From contig JAUCBJ010008237.1 of the NCBI GenBank assembly GCA_032718475.1, positions 62,001 through 126,000 of the forward strand: a stretch of DNA of 64,000 nucleotides. Reading direction: 5' to 3'. Made by a program: the position numbers and the translations under genes. Of this stretch, positions 14,001 to 25,528 are shown piece after piece (position 1 is the first letter of the stretch; each line of letters opens with the position of its first letter). This DNA is from Nemertoderma westbladi (taxonomy: Eukaryota > Animalia > Xenacoelomorpha). The notes beneath the pieces are model-generated. The model saw only the letters and a list, made by a program, of their open reading frames with translations, made no database searches and was not told the DNA's origin.

Positions 14001-14336
14001 TGGCTTTGTTGGTCGGGGTGGAACATGAGAGTAGCCTCCAACTCCAGAATCCCTCTCCCCATCACAATCTGGCCTCCCTGGTGACCCAGGGTTTGGGCCA
14101 GAAAGGTCATCAGGAAAGGGACTCAAAGAATTGTTGGCTGCTCTCTCTCCAGTAGGGGGTGAGACAGGCAGCCGGTCAGGAGTTAACTGACGCCTGTGAG
14201 GCCGATTGTGTCCGGTAATTCCACTGGCCTCTAGTGGCCGGACCTCCGCATTGCTAATGTAATCCATAGTGGGGTGCTTTTTTGCCGAGTCAGCTTTCGG
14301 GGCAAATACCACACCCTGGTTTGCCATTCCACAGGG
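11001..14336 (-). mobile_element. Near full-length RTE-clade LINE (single APE-RT ORF, disrupted)
   Basis: APE motifs (SVNT, VQEH, YSPT, GDFNA, QIDHIL, SDH); RT motifs (QNGFR, FVDFFKAFDSV, GVLQGDTLAP, FADD, YLG); (TAG)n tail; TSD ACTGAATTACTA at 10989-11000 and 14359-14370. Confidence 0.95.
11052..14327 (-). pseudogene. RTE endonuclease-reverse transcriptase ORF broken into three pieces
   Basis: ORFs 13242-14327, 12802-13254 and 11052-12581. Relative to the 41-44 kb copy there is a ~13-bp deletion, a TCA>TGA stop and a 2-bp insertion. Confidence 0.9.
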
Positions 14337-14422
14337 TGAATTACTGAATCACTGAATCACTGAATTACTAGACTTGCTTTAACTGTCGTTATAGTAGTAG
14401 GCTTTCAACTGTACAATCAAAC

Positions 14423-16734
14423 ATGTCTGACACAAAACAAACACTGTCAGATAGTCTCTTAGAAAGTGTTAGAATGAGTATTAGACTTAGACAGTGTCTT
14501 AAAAGGATCTGTGACCAAGATCAAAGTATAGAACATCCCAGACCAAAGTCCAAGTCCCCTCCTACTGTAAGAAAGGTCATCCCTCCAGTAGTAGTATCAG
14601 ACCCTAGGCTAGTAAAGCACCATCGGTCTATCATAGGCACTAGGGCTCAAGTCAAGCGGGACCAAGAGGCAGCTGTTAAACAGCAGCAGCACCAGAACCG
14701 AGGACTTATTTCTCAACAGCCCGATAGCTCCAGTAGTTCAGATACTGTAGAGTTGACACCCGAAATCGGAGCAAGGATGGCAGAAGCGGTTTATACAGAT
14801 CCACTTCTAATTCTTTCTGGGGCCGTACTCACTAGAGTATTGATCGCTGTGGAAGAACATTAAATCGACTGGGCGAGAAGTAAGCGATCGACCAGGGACA
14901 GCTATGTGGGATACACGATGGAGGAATTAAGGTCTATTGTCGAGGCGCAATGGAACTTCCCCAGACCCGGACTCCCGTTTAACTTATCGGAAGCTGCCTG
15001 GGAGGACTTATACAGGATGGGAGTATTAAGAGACACTCGAGATCCAGCTGTGTGGAAGAGGTCGGCAGCAGGATATGTCCAGGGATTCTTCAGTTCTTTA
15101 GAGCGACTAGAAGAATACCTATTCCAACAACGTCAAGGACCTCAAGAGCAGGGAGAGCTGCTTTATCAATTGCGAGAACGAAATTTACGGATCAGACTAA
15201 TCCTTTCGGCCTTTGAAGAAGCTTCGAAGAGAAGCCAAGACACGTCGTTGCAAGTGGCCGTAAAAACTTGGTTCCAACGGGTGAGTCTTAAAGTCCAGGG
15301 AACGACACAATGGAAAGCTCAGCTAACCGAGCGCATGACCAACGGAGAATCAACAGACGCTACCTTTTCCCAGGTGGAAAGCGAAGCTATATCCGAGAAA
15401 CCTCAGAAGAAGGATGCTATTGACATCTATCTGTCGGACTATCAACGATTTATAGGAGACAAAGAGCTAAGGAGACGGCTAGCTGGACTTCTCCCTAATA
15501 GTGAGGGAGCCAAATTTGTGTTGGACTCGTTAGATGCGGAAATGTTAGCCGCTGAGCAGGCTAAATTTGATGAAAGAATCCTCATCCTTATGGAACAGGA
15601 AGAACAACTAAAGAAAAGGCAAATAGAAGACCGAAGGAAAGCAGCAGCGGCAGAGTTTGAAATAAAGGCAGCGGCAGCGGCAGCAGCAGCGGCAGCGGCA
15701 GCAGCAGCGGCAGCGGCAGAAGCGGAAAGAAAAGCGGTAGCGGCAGCAGCAGAAGCTGAAAGAAAAGCGGTAGCGGCAGCGGCAGAAGCTGAAAGAAAAG
15801 CGGCAGCGGCAGAAGCTGAAAGAAAAGCGGCAGAAGCTGAAAGAAAAGTGGCAGCAGCAGCGGCAGAAGCTGAAAGAAAAGCGGCAGAGGCTGAAAGAAA
15901 AGCGGCAGAGGCAGTGGTAGAAGCAGAACGGAAGGCATCTGAAGAGACAACCCAACTAGAGTTGGAAAATCTTCAAGTGAAGCAAGATTACTTAAATAAA
16001 CAGAGAACAGCTACTCAGATGCAGCTGCTAAGTCGATCTACTCCCAGGAGACAGGGATTTACATCCTCTGATGAAGGCGATACAACAGATCCTGAAGGTA
16101 GAGGAAATAAATCTCGTTCCAGCGGACGTAGAAGGGCGCTGCACTGGCAGAAATGCCTAATTTGCCTCCACCTGTGAGAAGGCAACTAGCTAGTGTAGAT
16201 TTAAGTAATCCTGAGCCTACAGACCAAATTATTAGAGTAGAAAGACTCCCTACTATAGTAGATGAGCCTGAAATAATTAGGCCTGTTCTCGAAACCACTC
16301 CCTCTGTGATAGAGACCCCTGTACTTCCAGAACCTAACTCTAAATTCCCTTTGCACAGTACTAAACTACCTGTGCCCAGTAGAGCAGCCCCTGAATCAAT
16401 CCCGGTCCTGGATGCCGAGCAAGGCATCAATGATTTGTCGCCCGTCGTCCCTCGTCTACCCGCCACCATGTTGGCGGCTCCCGCTTCGGCGGTCGAGTGG
16501 GTGGATGAGGGACGGCGGGGGATGGATCTCCTGCTCGGGCAGATGGAGGAACATCGAATACGTTCCTCCCAACAGGTCCGAGAGTTGGAAGGGACTGTTC
16601 AGCAGTTAAAGGGAACAGTAAGAGAGGGTAGGTTAGAGTTGCAAGAAGTGCAGCAGAGTATCGCGTTAGAACGCGATAAATTAGTAAATATACAAAGGGG
16701 TATACCAAAGGGGAGTGAGCCGAAGAGGCTTTAG
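14423..16734 (+). pseudogene. Gag N-terminal half of copy A (one stop, one frameshift, truncated)
   Basis: ORFs 14423-14863 and 14906-16177 (same frame) and 16153-16734 align with the N-terminal part of the 1399-aa ORF, including the Ala-rich AEAERKA repeats. Confidence 0.88.
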
Positions 16735-17358
16735 TAAAGAGGTAAGCTAGAGGGTGAGATGGATTATTATGGACTTCAAACATCAGTATTAGCACCTGGT
16801 AGTTATAGAGGAGATCTAGAGGTAGGATACGTAACGTAATTGTTGGTAAATGGGATAGGATGAGGATTGAGAATGATTAAATGTGATATAACGCAATATC
16901 TTATTGATTTTTATTTTCAAAGGAAAGAGTGTTGGAGTGGAAAGAGTGCCGCCCCAAACAATCAAGCCATAGAAAATGTAAGGATAAAATAATGTGTATT
17001 AAAAAGCATGCGGTGTAAATCTCTAGAAAGTATATATCGAAGTTTATAGAACAGTCCACCTGTTTTATAAATTTTTTTTAAGTATGTATTTCATGTGCGC
17101 CATAAATGTTAGTTTATCATCTATAATTATGCCTATATAAGTATTTTGCAGCGGACGCACATCCGATGGGTTTGTTGTTGATATTAATTGTTGTGCTTGG
17201 TAAGTAGAAATTTTGCGAGAATGTAAATATGGAGTATTCTGTTTTATCGGTGTTTAATGTTAATTTATTATCTATCAGCCAATCATTAATTAAATTAAGC
17301 TTTCGGTATTTATAGTATTATTTAATCTGGTTATGTTACTATCAAGGAGCATGAGAGA

Positions 17359-18884
17359 TGTGGGGCGAGCCACGAAGTGAGCGAAGCCTTAGCATATGGG
17401 TGCCATTAACGATTTGTCTGTCGTCGTCGTCGTCGTCGTAAATTTTTGATCGCTAATAACTCAGATATTCCTTGATGAAATTAAACGAAACTTGGTATGT
17501 ATGTAGTCCGGCAAAAGTTTAGAAAGAATCGGAATTTTGGTATAAAACGAACGAACACAACGAGTTTACAGTGGATACGAGTATCAATCTGCCATAAATC
17601 AGCAGTTACTCTCACAGTTTCAAGACTTTGTATAGTTATAAAGGTCGTTAGATAACAAGTCGTTAAAACAGGACGAGCGCAACGAGGCTAATGAAGGCGA
17701 AGAGTATTGTAAAACTAAAAATGTCATACTTAAGGGGGGTAGCACCCCCAAATTGAACCTCACATTTTTGTGTCTCTGGACCATAAAATTGGGTGAAAAT
17801 TATTTTTTGTTCTACTAAACATCGTCTGGACTGTGTGAGAATGATCAAACCAAATATTTTTTAAAATTGGCCCCAAAATGGCACCGTAATGGCCAAAAGT
17901 GCCCTTTTGCGCCAAGGGCTTTTTCTTCACCAAAATTTGTTGAAATTTGTTGAGTTGAAATATAGGTTCAGAAGAGCCCTGCATCCAATTCTTCTGAAAA
18001 AATTTTGCCTCAAATGCTCTGAAGCTTTTTTAGAACAAAAAGGCCCCAAAAAAAGGGCCTTTTTTGGGCCTTTTTTTATATAAAAAGGCTCCAGGGCATT
18101 TCCAACCAAATTCGTTCAGAATAAGTATGGAGAAGGGTAATCTTAATAAGAGTACCAAATTTCAACTCATTTCAGTTAAAATTGGCGGAAAAATAGCCTT
18201 TTTCATGAAAAAACGTCATTCTGAGATACAGGTGTTTAAAGTTTAAGGAACAATTCAAACCTTCCCGCTATTTTAGATAATACCATTTTTCTTTGTTCAA
18301 CAATAATTTTGTCAAAAATTAATGAAATTCAATGAAATTTGTCATGCTTGCTAAACAGATAACTTTTAACACAACGTTTTATCAATTTTAATAATATCTG
18401 TACCGTGAGAGCCTTTATTATGAAAAGGGCCCCGTACAATTGTAAAATAAAGTGCTGCTCGAAGGCTTGTCAATAATCAGACTAGCTCTTACGTTTTGGG
18501 TAATAACTTGAGTTTGAGAAAAGATATGAGAAAACTGCCTGCTTGCAGATTTGAAATCTCCATTAAATTCGCACATGATAGAATAAAAAACGTAAACGTT
18601 TTTGTCAATTTCCAAAATAGGAGGGTGGTATGCTACCCCCCCCCCCCCCCCCCCCCCCCTTAACGTAAATAGCCCTAGTTAGAAGGTTTACAAATGACAG
18701 TTAAAGTGTGTACGGGCAAACTGAAATGGATCTCTGTTTTTACAACTAGTTTATCACAAACTGATAGCATCGCCTTCACTCATATATATTTTGGGAAAGA
18801 CAGTTTTCGTATATCTAATAGAGATTAGTATAATGTACTTTCTAATAGAGGCACTCGTGCTGCGCGAAGGCCCCATGAACGTGT
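17359..18884 (+). mobile_element. Helentron/DINE-1 (HINE)-like non-autonomous repeat, copy 1
   Basis: Starts TGTGGGGCGAGC, has a GTC microsatellite near the 5' end and an AAACTTGG core, and ends CTCGTGCTGCGCGAAGGCCCCA..AACGTGT. The same termini occur in four copies. Superfamily assignment is by architecture only. Confidence 0.55.
17734..18659. mobile_element. Non-autonomous DNA transposon with TTAA TSD and GG termini (Kolobok-like)
   Basis: TTAA at 17730-33 and 18660-63; TIR GGGGGGTAGCA / TGCTACCCCCC; second inverted copy at about 40607-41189. Confidence 0.75.
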
Positions 18885-19104
18885 ATCATCTGCAAACGGT
18901 CTGGTAATGAGAGAGGTTGCAATTTGGAGATCATTTATTTAAAGTAAAAAATGGATATGGCCTAGTACCGAACCTTGCGTCATAAATAGCAACCCTATGC
19001 AGGCAGGTAGGCTATATGTTTTAGTATTGCAAATACAGTATGTCATAATAAAATCTTACAATTCTAGGTAGGCGCCGTTAATGCAAAAAGGTTAAATAAA
19101 ATAT

Positions 19105-19292
19105 CGAGTATAGAAAAAATATATTGAGAATAGAAAAAAATATTGAGATTATAAAAAAGATATTGAGATTATAAAAAAAATATTGAGATTACAAAAAAAA
19201 TATTGAGATTACAAAAACATACTGAGATTACAAAAAAAAAATATTGAGATTACAAAAAAAAATATTGAGATTAGTTAAAAAAAAAAATGAGA
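19105..19292. repeat. ~20-bp AT-rich minisatellite (AAAAAATATTGAGATTACA)
   Basis: About nine visible units. Confidence 0.85.
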
Positions 19293-19394
19293 TTTTTCCG
19301 CCGAAATAATGCTTTATACAGGTGAATTTTGTTCGGCGAAATATGCCTTTTATGGCCGAAATTTGCTTTTTACGGCCGAAATAGTAGTAATAAA

Positions 19395-22300
19395 TGTGGG
19401 GCGACCCACGAAAGTAAGCGCACTTAGCATACGGGTACCACTAACTTAATCAGTGTGTCTGGCGTTCTGTCGTGTTCAATTTTAAACGTAATTACTCAGT
19501 CAAATCTCGATAAAATCTATCCAAACTTAGTACACATGTAGTCTGGCAAACGTTTAGAAATTTTCCAAGTTGAATTTGGGTGTGGCCTTCGAGAAGCTAA
19601 GGTAATAGCAGTTAATTAAGTTGATAGGGTAAAAACAGCATTTTCAACATGACTATTAATGGAAATTAATTATTTTATAGTATAATATATAAATAATTAT
19701 ACATAAAAATTATACAGCTGTAATTCCCATAACCCATTCCATTATAGTTTTTAATTAGTTCAAGGGATTTGCTTTAAGAAATGTGTTTGAGGACGCCTAG
19801 TCTTATCAGTTGGAGGCATCTTCATTACTGAGAGTCCCTGAGTACCGGTACTCGGAGAATTATTCGCAATAGAAATTGATGTGCCAACTGAAAACTTCGA
19901 TCTTTTGGTAGCACTTGGGTTTGGATTCGGTTCATCTCCCGTTAGATGATCTCCTACACTCACAAGAAACGAACTAAATTGAGTGTGCTTCTTTTGACTA
20001 GCCACAAGTGTGCCATCTTTGTATCTTATATGAGCATTCAATAACAAACGTTGTAGGTAGTGAAGGCCAAGTTTCTTAAACCACTTGTGACTTTTCCTCG
20101 TCAGATCAGTTGAGGAGATTATCTGATCTGTCAGGTCAACACCCCCCATAGTGTGGTTATAGACATCAATTTCCACCGGTTTTCGTTACTTTAGTTCATT
20201 ACTTGATTCGTCACCACTGTTGTCGAAGGTGGACTTCGGTAAATGTCTCCCTTTCTCAATATCTTCTGCTTTATCGATGGTAGTTATAAAATAAACGCGC
20301 CTCTTATCGCAGAATTTTATAACCAGAACTGGACCATTGCCATCGCAATTTCGAGCAAAGGCAGGTGAGATTGGTGAAAGTTGCTTCTGTTTCAAAAGTT
20401 TGGGAACACCTCTATTCTCTCTTATAGTACCGCGCATGCCTATGTTGTGCTCATGGAGAAACGTTGCACGGTTGAGACTGCAATACCAATTGTCCAGGCT
20501 AACGTGACATCCAAGAGAAAAGAGGCTAGCTTTATGTAACAAAAAACAACTACTTTCTCCGAATTTTTAAGACAATCTGATCCCGGGATATCTGGAGTAT
20601 CAATGTCGGACGCTTTACCATAGTAAATGGTCGATGCCAATAAATTAATGAATGCCAATGTTTGAATGCCAATTGAATGCCAATAAATATCCTGTAACAT
20701 CTGTTAAATTAAACAATTTGATGCCAAAGCGTAAACGTTTAGTGCGAATAAACTGTTTGAATTCCAATCGTCCTTTGAATAATAATAATGATTCATCCAA
20801 TGAAAGCTCCACTTCTGGTATATAGATTTTCAGAATGTCATGTAGTAATTCCAAAAAGTCATGGAGACGTGTGGCTCGATCATGCTTATCTACCTTATTT
20901 GGGTCAGAAAACGTGAGAAATTTTAATATCTGTAGATACCTATCCCGACTCATGACCGAAGACAAATACAGGGTGGCAATTGTTGATGCAACCCTCCAGT
21001 AATCACGAATTTTATTCTTCCTTGCACATGCCATTAGAATAGTCAAACCAAGAAAGGCTTTCATTTCTAGTGGTGTAACATCTTTGATCTTTCGAACATC
21101 AGATCCTCCACTTGTGCTTGGCTGTGGATCATCGGGTTTACTTTCCTTCGCCTTTATTTTATCATTCCTACATTTACAAAGCAGGTCAACTAAAGAATCT
21201 GTTATATATAGGTCCACATAACCACGCAGGTCTACATCGGATGTATCGATTCCATTCCATCCGCTCGGCGGTAGATTTCCTCCCCTAAACCTATAATTAA
21301 CGCCGTCGACTTCATCCTCGTTGACTTTGATCTCCTTCCAACCGTCGCTACCGGTACCGGTATGATTGCTGTTTAAAAGTCCGGAATTATTGCCTCCAGA
21401 TTTCTCATCGACATCGCTACAAGCGTACATCGTACTGTCGCTGTTTCCAACATTAACTTAGCCTGATTCGCTGTTCTCCGAATCTGAATCTCCACCACTG
21501 TCGGAAACGGAATAATCAGATAAATTTCCAAATTCGCTCAAATCACCATCACTCGACACATCATCGTCATCTTCATCAAACCCCAGACGCTTCAGTGGAC
21601 GTATCTGACGTTTAGGGTAACTCTTATCCGATTACACAGCGAGGTTGTACATAGCAGTTACTACTACAAGTACTGTACAATAGCAGGTACCACCTACTTA
21701 ACCTACATCAAACATTGATATACGGTACAGTTCCTATAAATTCAAATTTTCCGCCTACATTATTATGGTCAACATAGGGCACTGGAGTCATGGAAATCTG
21801 TCCTAGGACTGCACTGATATCCTGAGGCGTTAGTAGAATAAAGTACAGAATTTGACATACCAAGTATGTCACAGTGCCTTAACGCAAGGCATACCAAATA
21901 TGCCATAGGACGGAAAGGGTTAATTGATCTAAACGTAATTAAGTTATCAAAATGCCCTACTTTATACTTCTATCATTCCTTGGCATGAGTGCTATTGTCT
22001 ATAGTTTGGGAACCAGTCCATTTATGTCACCACTACTTGGCAACGGGTAATTACATCTATAGGACATAAGCACTAAGGTGCCAGACTAATAAGCCAGCTT
22101 GCTTAATATTAATCTCGCAAAATGATTGCCTTAGTATTTCATCCTGATTCTTTAGAATAATTAGCTAAATAATTTCCTTGAGGTGTTGACATGATGAATT
22201 AATATTTCAGTATCAATACTATCGGCATAAGGTAAGTTTTAATATTTTTTACAAATTGGGTCGCCTCTACGACTAAAATTTAAAACACAAAATTGCCGTT

Positions 22301-22521
22301 AATACCTCAGCCTTTCATTAATCCTCCGTGCGCCTTTGGGTTGGGGTGGTGCAGTCATGCAATCGTGTAGAGTAAGAGGGGGTTGAAGGGGGGAACTATT
22401 ATCTCTTCTTTGATTTCTTCTTATTGGCGGTTTGGTTAAATTTCTTAAATGTCAATTTTGGGATATAATTGCTCAATTTTAATCTGTATCTGATAACTGC
22501 GCGAAGGCCCCACGAACATGT
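19395..22521 (+). mobile_element. HINE-like repeat copy 2, interrupted by piggyBac
   Basis: Same termini as copy 1. The sequences flanking the piggyBac rejoin to match the uninterrupted copy at 27279-28296. Confidence 0.6.
19789..21919 (-). mobile_element. piggyBac (PGBD4-like) transposon, 3'-truncated, with frameshifted transposase
   Basis: Minus strand starts TTAA-CCCTTT (TTAA at 21920-23). Transposase fragments contain MSRDRY, LSLDESL, FKGRL, RFGIK, LDNWY, GTIRENRG, YNHTMGGVDLTDQ and KWFKKL. Confidence 0.92.
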
Positions 22522-23068
22522 ATATAATAGCGTATAATATCATATACAGTACCTTATCTTAATAGTAGAGATTGGGTGTAGATTGCAATTAGGGCCTACT
22601 AGGATTACTCTGTCTGCTTATAAAGATGAGCTGGTTAGTAGAGGTACCGGTACAACTGTTGTGTAACAGATAATTTTACACTCCCCATGCAACACGTGAG
22701 TCAAATGTAGTAACTGTAGACACTGTATTGCCCTTCGCGCTACACGTGAGTTTCATGAAATACATATACCCTTATTGGCCTTTCGCGCAGCATGTGAGAT
22801 ACACAAAATAAATAGACACACGGATGGGACTTCGATCACCACGTGAATTACATAATAAACAGATAGAGACATTGTAGAACACGTCGAGCAGCACGTGCGA
22901 AATATTTAGTAAATATAAAATAGTTCGGCCCTTCGCGAAGTAGGCGCAGCACTTCTAAAGTGTGTTACTTCCGGGAGTGAAATTTAACCTATTTAAATAT
23001 TAAAAATTTTATATTTAAATATTTAAATTAAATAGGTGGATTTGCAGAGAGACTGAGAGAGTGAAAAT

Positions 23069-23160
23069 GGACAAATGCAGGGTGAGTTTTCAATGGAGGG
23101 GGCTGAAATACACTAGTGTATTTGAACCCCCTCCATTGAAAACTCACCCTGCATTTGTCC
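23069..23160. repeat. 92-bp near-perfect palindrome
   Basis: GGACAAATGCAGGG...ACACT/AGTGT...CCCTGCATTTGTCC, with two mismatches and no spacer. Confidence 0.9.
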
Positions 23161-24092
23161 TGCATTGTGACATGCAGTAGTAGTTACTTTGTCACACTAC
23201 TATGCCCTAATCCCAATACAAACCCTGTCTCTACTATTATGATAAGGCTAAAAGCTATTATCGATTTATCTATTGCAGTATACTTCTATTTCGGCCTTAA
23301 AAAGCAAATTTCGGCCGAAAAAGATATTTTTTTAACAGTTTGGCTTCAACAGTTTTATTTCGGTTAGGTCGCTTTATAACATTTGCATGTATATGTTTTC
23401 CCCGTTATTGACTAAATTTAGGTTCTGTGCATTATTCATCGTTCTGTGTTGTTATTGTGCATTATCCTTAATTTTGGTGTTGGTTTGTGTCATAAGTGCA
23501 ATTTATACCAGTAATGGTAGGGCCTAGAGGTATTCCACTTATCGACTTAATTGGCTTTGTGGGATTATTAATAATTATCTAATAATTCACTCAAATTGTA
23601 AAATATCCCATCCCAGTTTTGTAAAGGATTTGCAAAAACGTAAAAAACTGTTATGGCGTCGTCGTCACACCGAAAATGGCTATGCTGAATATAAGAACTG
23701 CGCTAAATCCGTTCCCATAGGTATCTTTAGAACAGCTTGCGCACGCGAAAATAAAATCCAAACATCTGGAAAACCTACGCTTTTTTTGATTATGTAAGCA
23801 GTAAACGAAAAACTAAATCCGGTATATCTGCATTTAAAGTAAAAATGGTGATGTAATAATTGATGACGCTGTATTGAACTCACTTCCCCTGATAAACCAG
23901 CGTCTTCCGCCTAGAAAGATTCCCAAACAGACGGGGACAATCGTCTACAGTTAAATAATATCATCTTCGAAGATAAAAGACATTTTCTCGGATAAAGAAT
24001 TAAAGAGACGGAAATCTTAAAAAATAAGTATTATTCTTTAGGTACCGTGGTGCGGTTGCTTGAGGAATTAATAATTTGTTTTTATAATATAA

Positions 24093-24357
24093 GCAGCAGC
24101 TTGGTCAAGTGGTGACATTACTGTGCTTCCGATTAGGGAGCCCGGGTTCGATCCCTAGATGGGGCAGGGCAGCACTGTTTGGGCACAGTGCTTTAAATGC
24201 TGCAGCCTAGCCCAACCCCGGCTTTCATCCTTCAGTGTTCGATAAATGGGAACCAAGGCAACTTGGGAAACAGAGTGGAAGGGTTTACTGTGGAAGAACA
24301 CCCATGGTGGTGAACAGGCATTCCTTGGCTTAACGAGCCTAAAAGATTCTCCCATTC
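24093..24357 (+). mobile_element. tRNA-derived SINE with Nin/Deu-like core (family 1)
   Basis: A box TGGTCAAGTGG, B box GGTTCGATCC, core GCTTTCATCCTT..TCGATAAAT; nearly identical to 61681-61936; flanking direct repeat ATAATTTGTTT. Confidence 0.85.
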
Positions 24358-24851
24358 ATAATTTGTTTATTTCAATTTCCAACTCTTACAACCACCGTTC
24401 AGCGCTACTCCTTTTCTCCCAGCCGTTGGTTTCTATCAACAAGAACCGGTCGTGAGGATTCGGTGACTTCATGGGGCAAGTACTCTTTATTCTGGGCCAG
24501 ACTTGAACTCTGAAAAGATACTGTAATATCGCCAAGCAGCACACGGACGCGAAGGATTAAAGGATTACGTCTGCAACTATGACTTTCAGGACCGGAATTT
24601 ATTTCGTAACGTATAATTGATTACTTTATTTCTTTACTTTAGTAATTTTACTGAAGGTATTCTATACTGTAAGTAGGAAGGATACACTAGATAGACCTAC
24701 ACTTTGTTCTTTGACTCTATTTACAACATGTAGTGGAGGCATCACTGAAGCTAGAAGATACAGTAGTTGTAGAATATTTTTGTAATTTCTCCGGTTTTTT
24801 TCTCGTAGTTTTTAACCCGAACTTTTTTCTCTTTATTTTTTTCATTTTTTT

Positions 24852-25062
24852 ACATGGTGCAGATTAAGAGGGCGGTTGAAGCAAGGGGGGGGGGGGGGGG
24901 GGGGATCCTCTCTTCTTTGATTTATTCTTATTGGCGTTTTGATTAAATTTTCTTAATTATTTATTTAAATTTCTTAAGTACCGATTTTGGGATAGAATTG
25001 CTCAATTTTAATCGGTATCTAATAACTGAGCCTCGTCCTGCGCGATGGCCCCACGAACGTGT
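24852..25062 (+). mobile_element. 3'-terminal fragment of the HINE-like repeat
   Basis: Matches the last ~200 bp of the copy at 27279-28296, ending GGCCCCACGAACGTGT. Confidence 0.7.
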
Positions 25063-25528
25063 CTTTTACTGGTATACAATCTGACATTAGAAAATAAATC
25101 CGACCACCTACCATGCCTTTGTTGTTCTGCCATTGTTGCTACTACAGGTACAATATTTAAATAATTGTACTTAAAAATTATACCGGCTGGAATCTCCATA
25201 GCCCATTCCATTTTAGTTTTAATTAGTTCAAGTTATTTTCTTTACGAAATGTGTTTTTAATTTGATCTAAACGCAATTATCGAGTTAAAACTACAAGATG
25301 GCTTGCCAACTCCCATCTATGCTACAGCTGTATATTAGGTTGTGTAAGAAGGTACTGTAATAATTGTAACCACAATTCAGTAATATAAATATTGTAGCCC
25401 AGGCGCCTCTCCTCTCCTGCCTTTCGATTCCTATAGAGTCTGTTCTGTACTATAAATGTTTATATGTTCTGCGTTTGTGTTCTGCTTGGGTATTTTTAAG
25501 GACTAGGCCTACTATGCGCTTGTGCATT

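Larger units (their letters stand above)
7905..16734 (+). mobile_element. BEL/Pao-like LTR retrotransposon copy A (5' LTR, leader, partial gag; 3' end missing)
   Basis: LTR, leader and gag are homologous to the reverse complement of the complete element at 49538-61560. Interrupted by an RTE at 11001-14336. Gag similarity ends near 16708. Confidence 0.88.

Noticed and set aside
15588-15955. Cys/Phe-rich and Leu/Pro-rich ORFs (also 57128-57565)
   Set aside because: Antisense shadows of the Ala-rich gag repeats.
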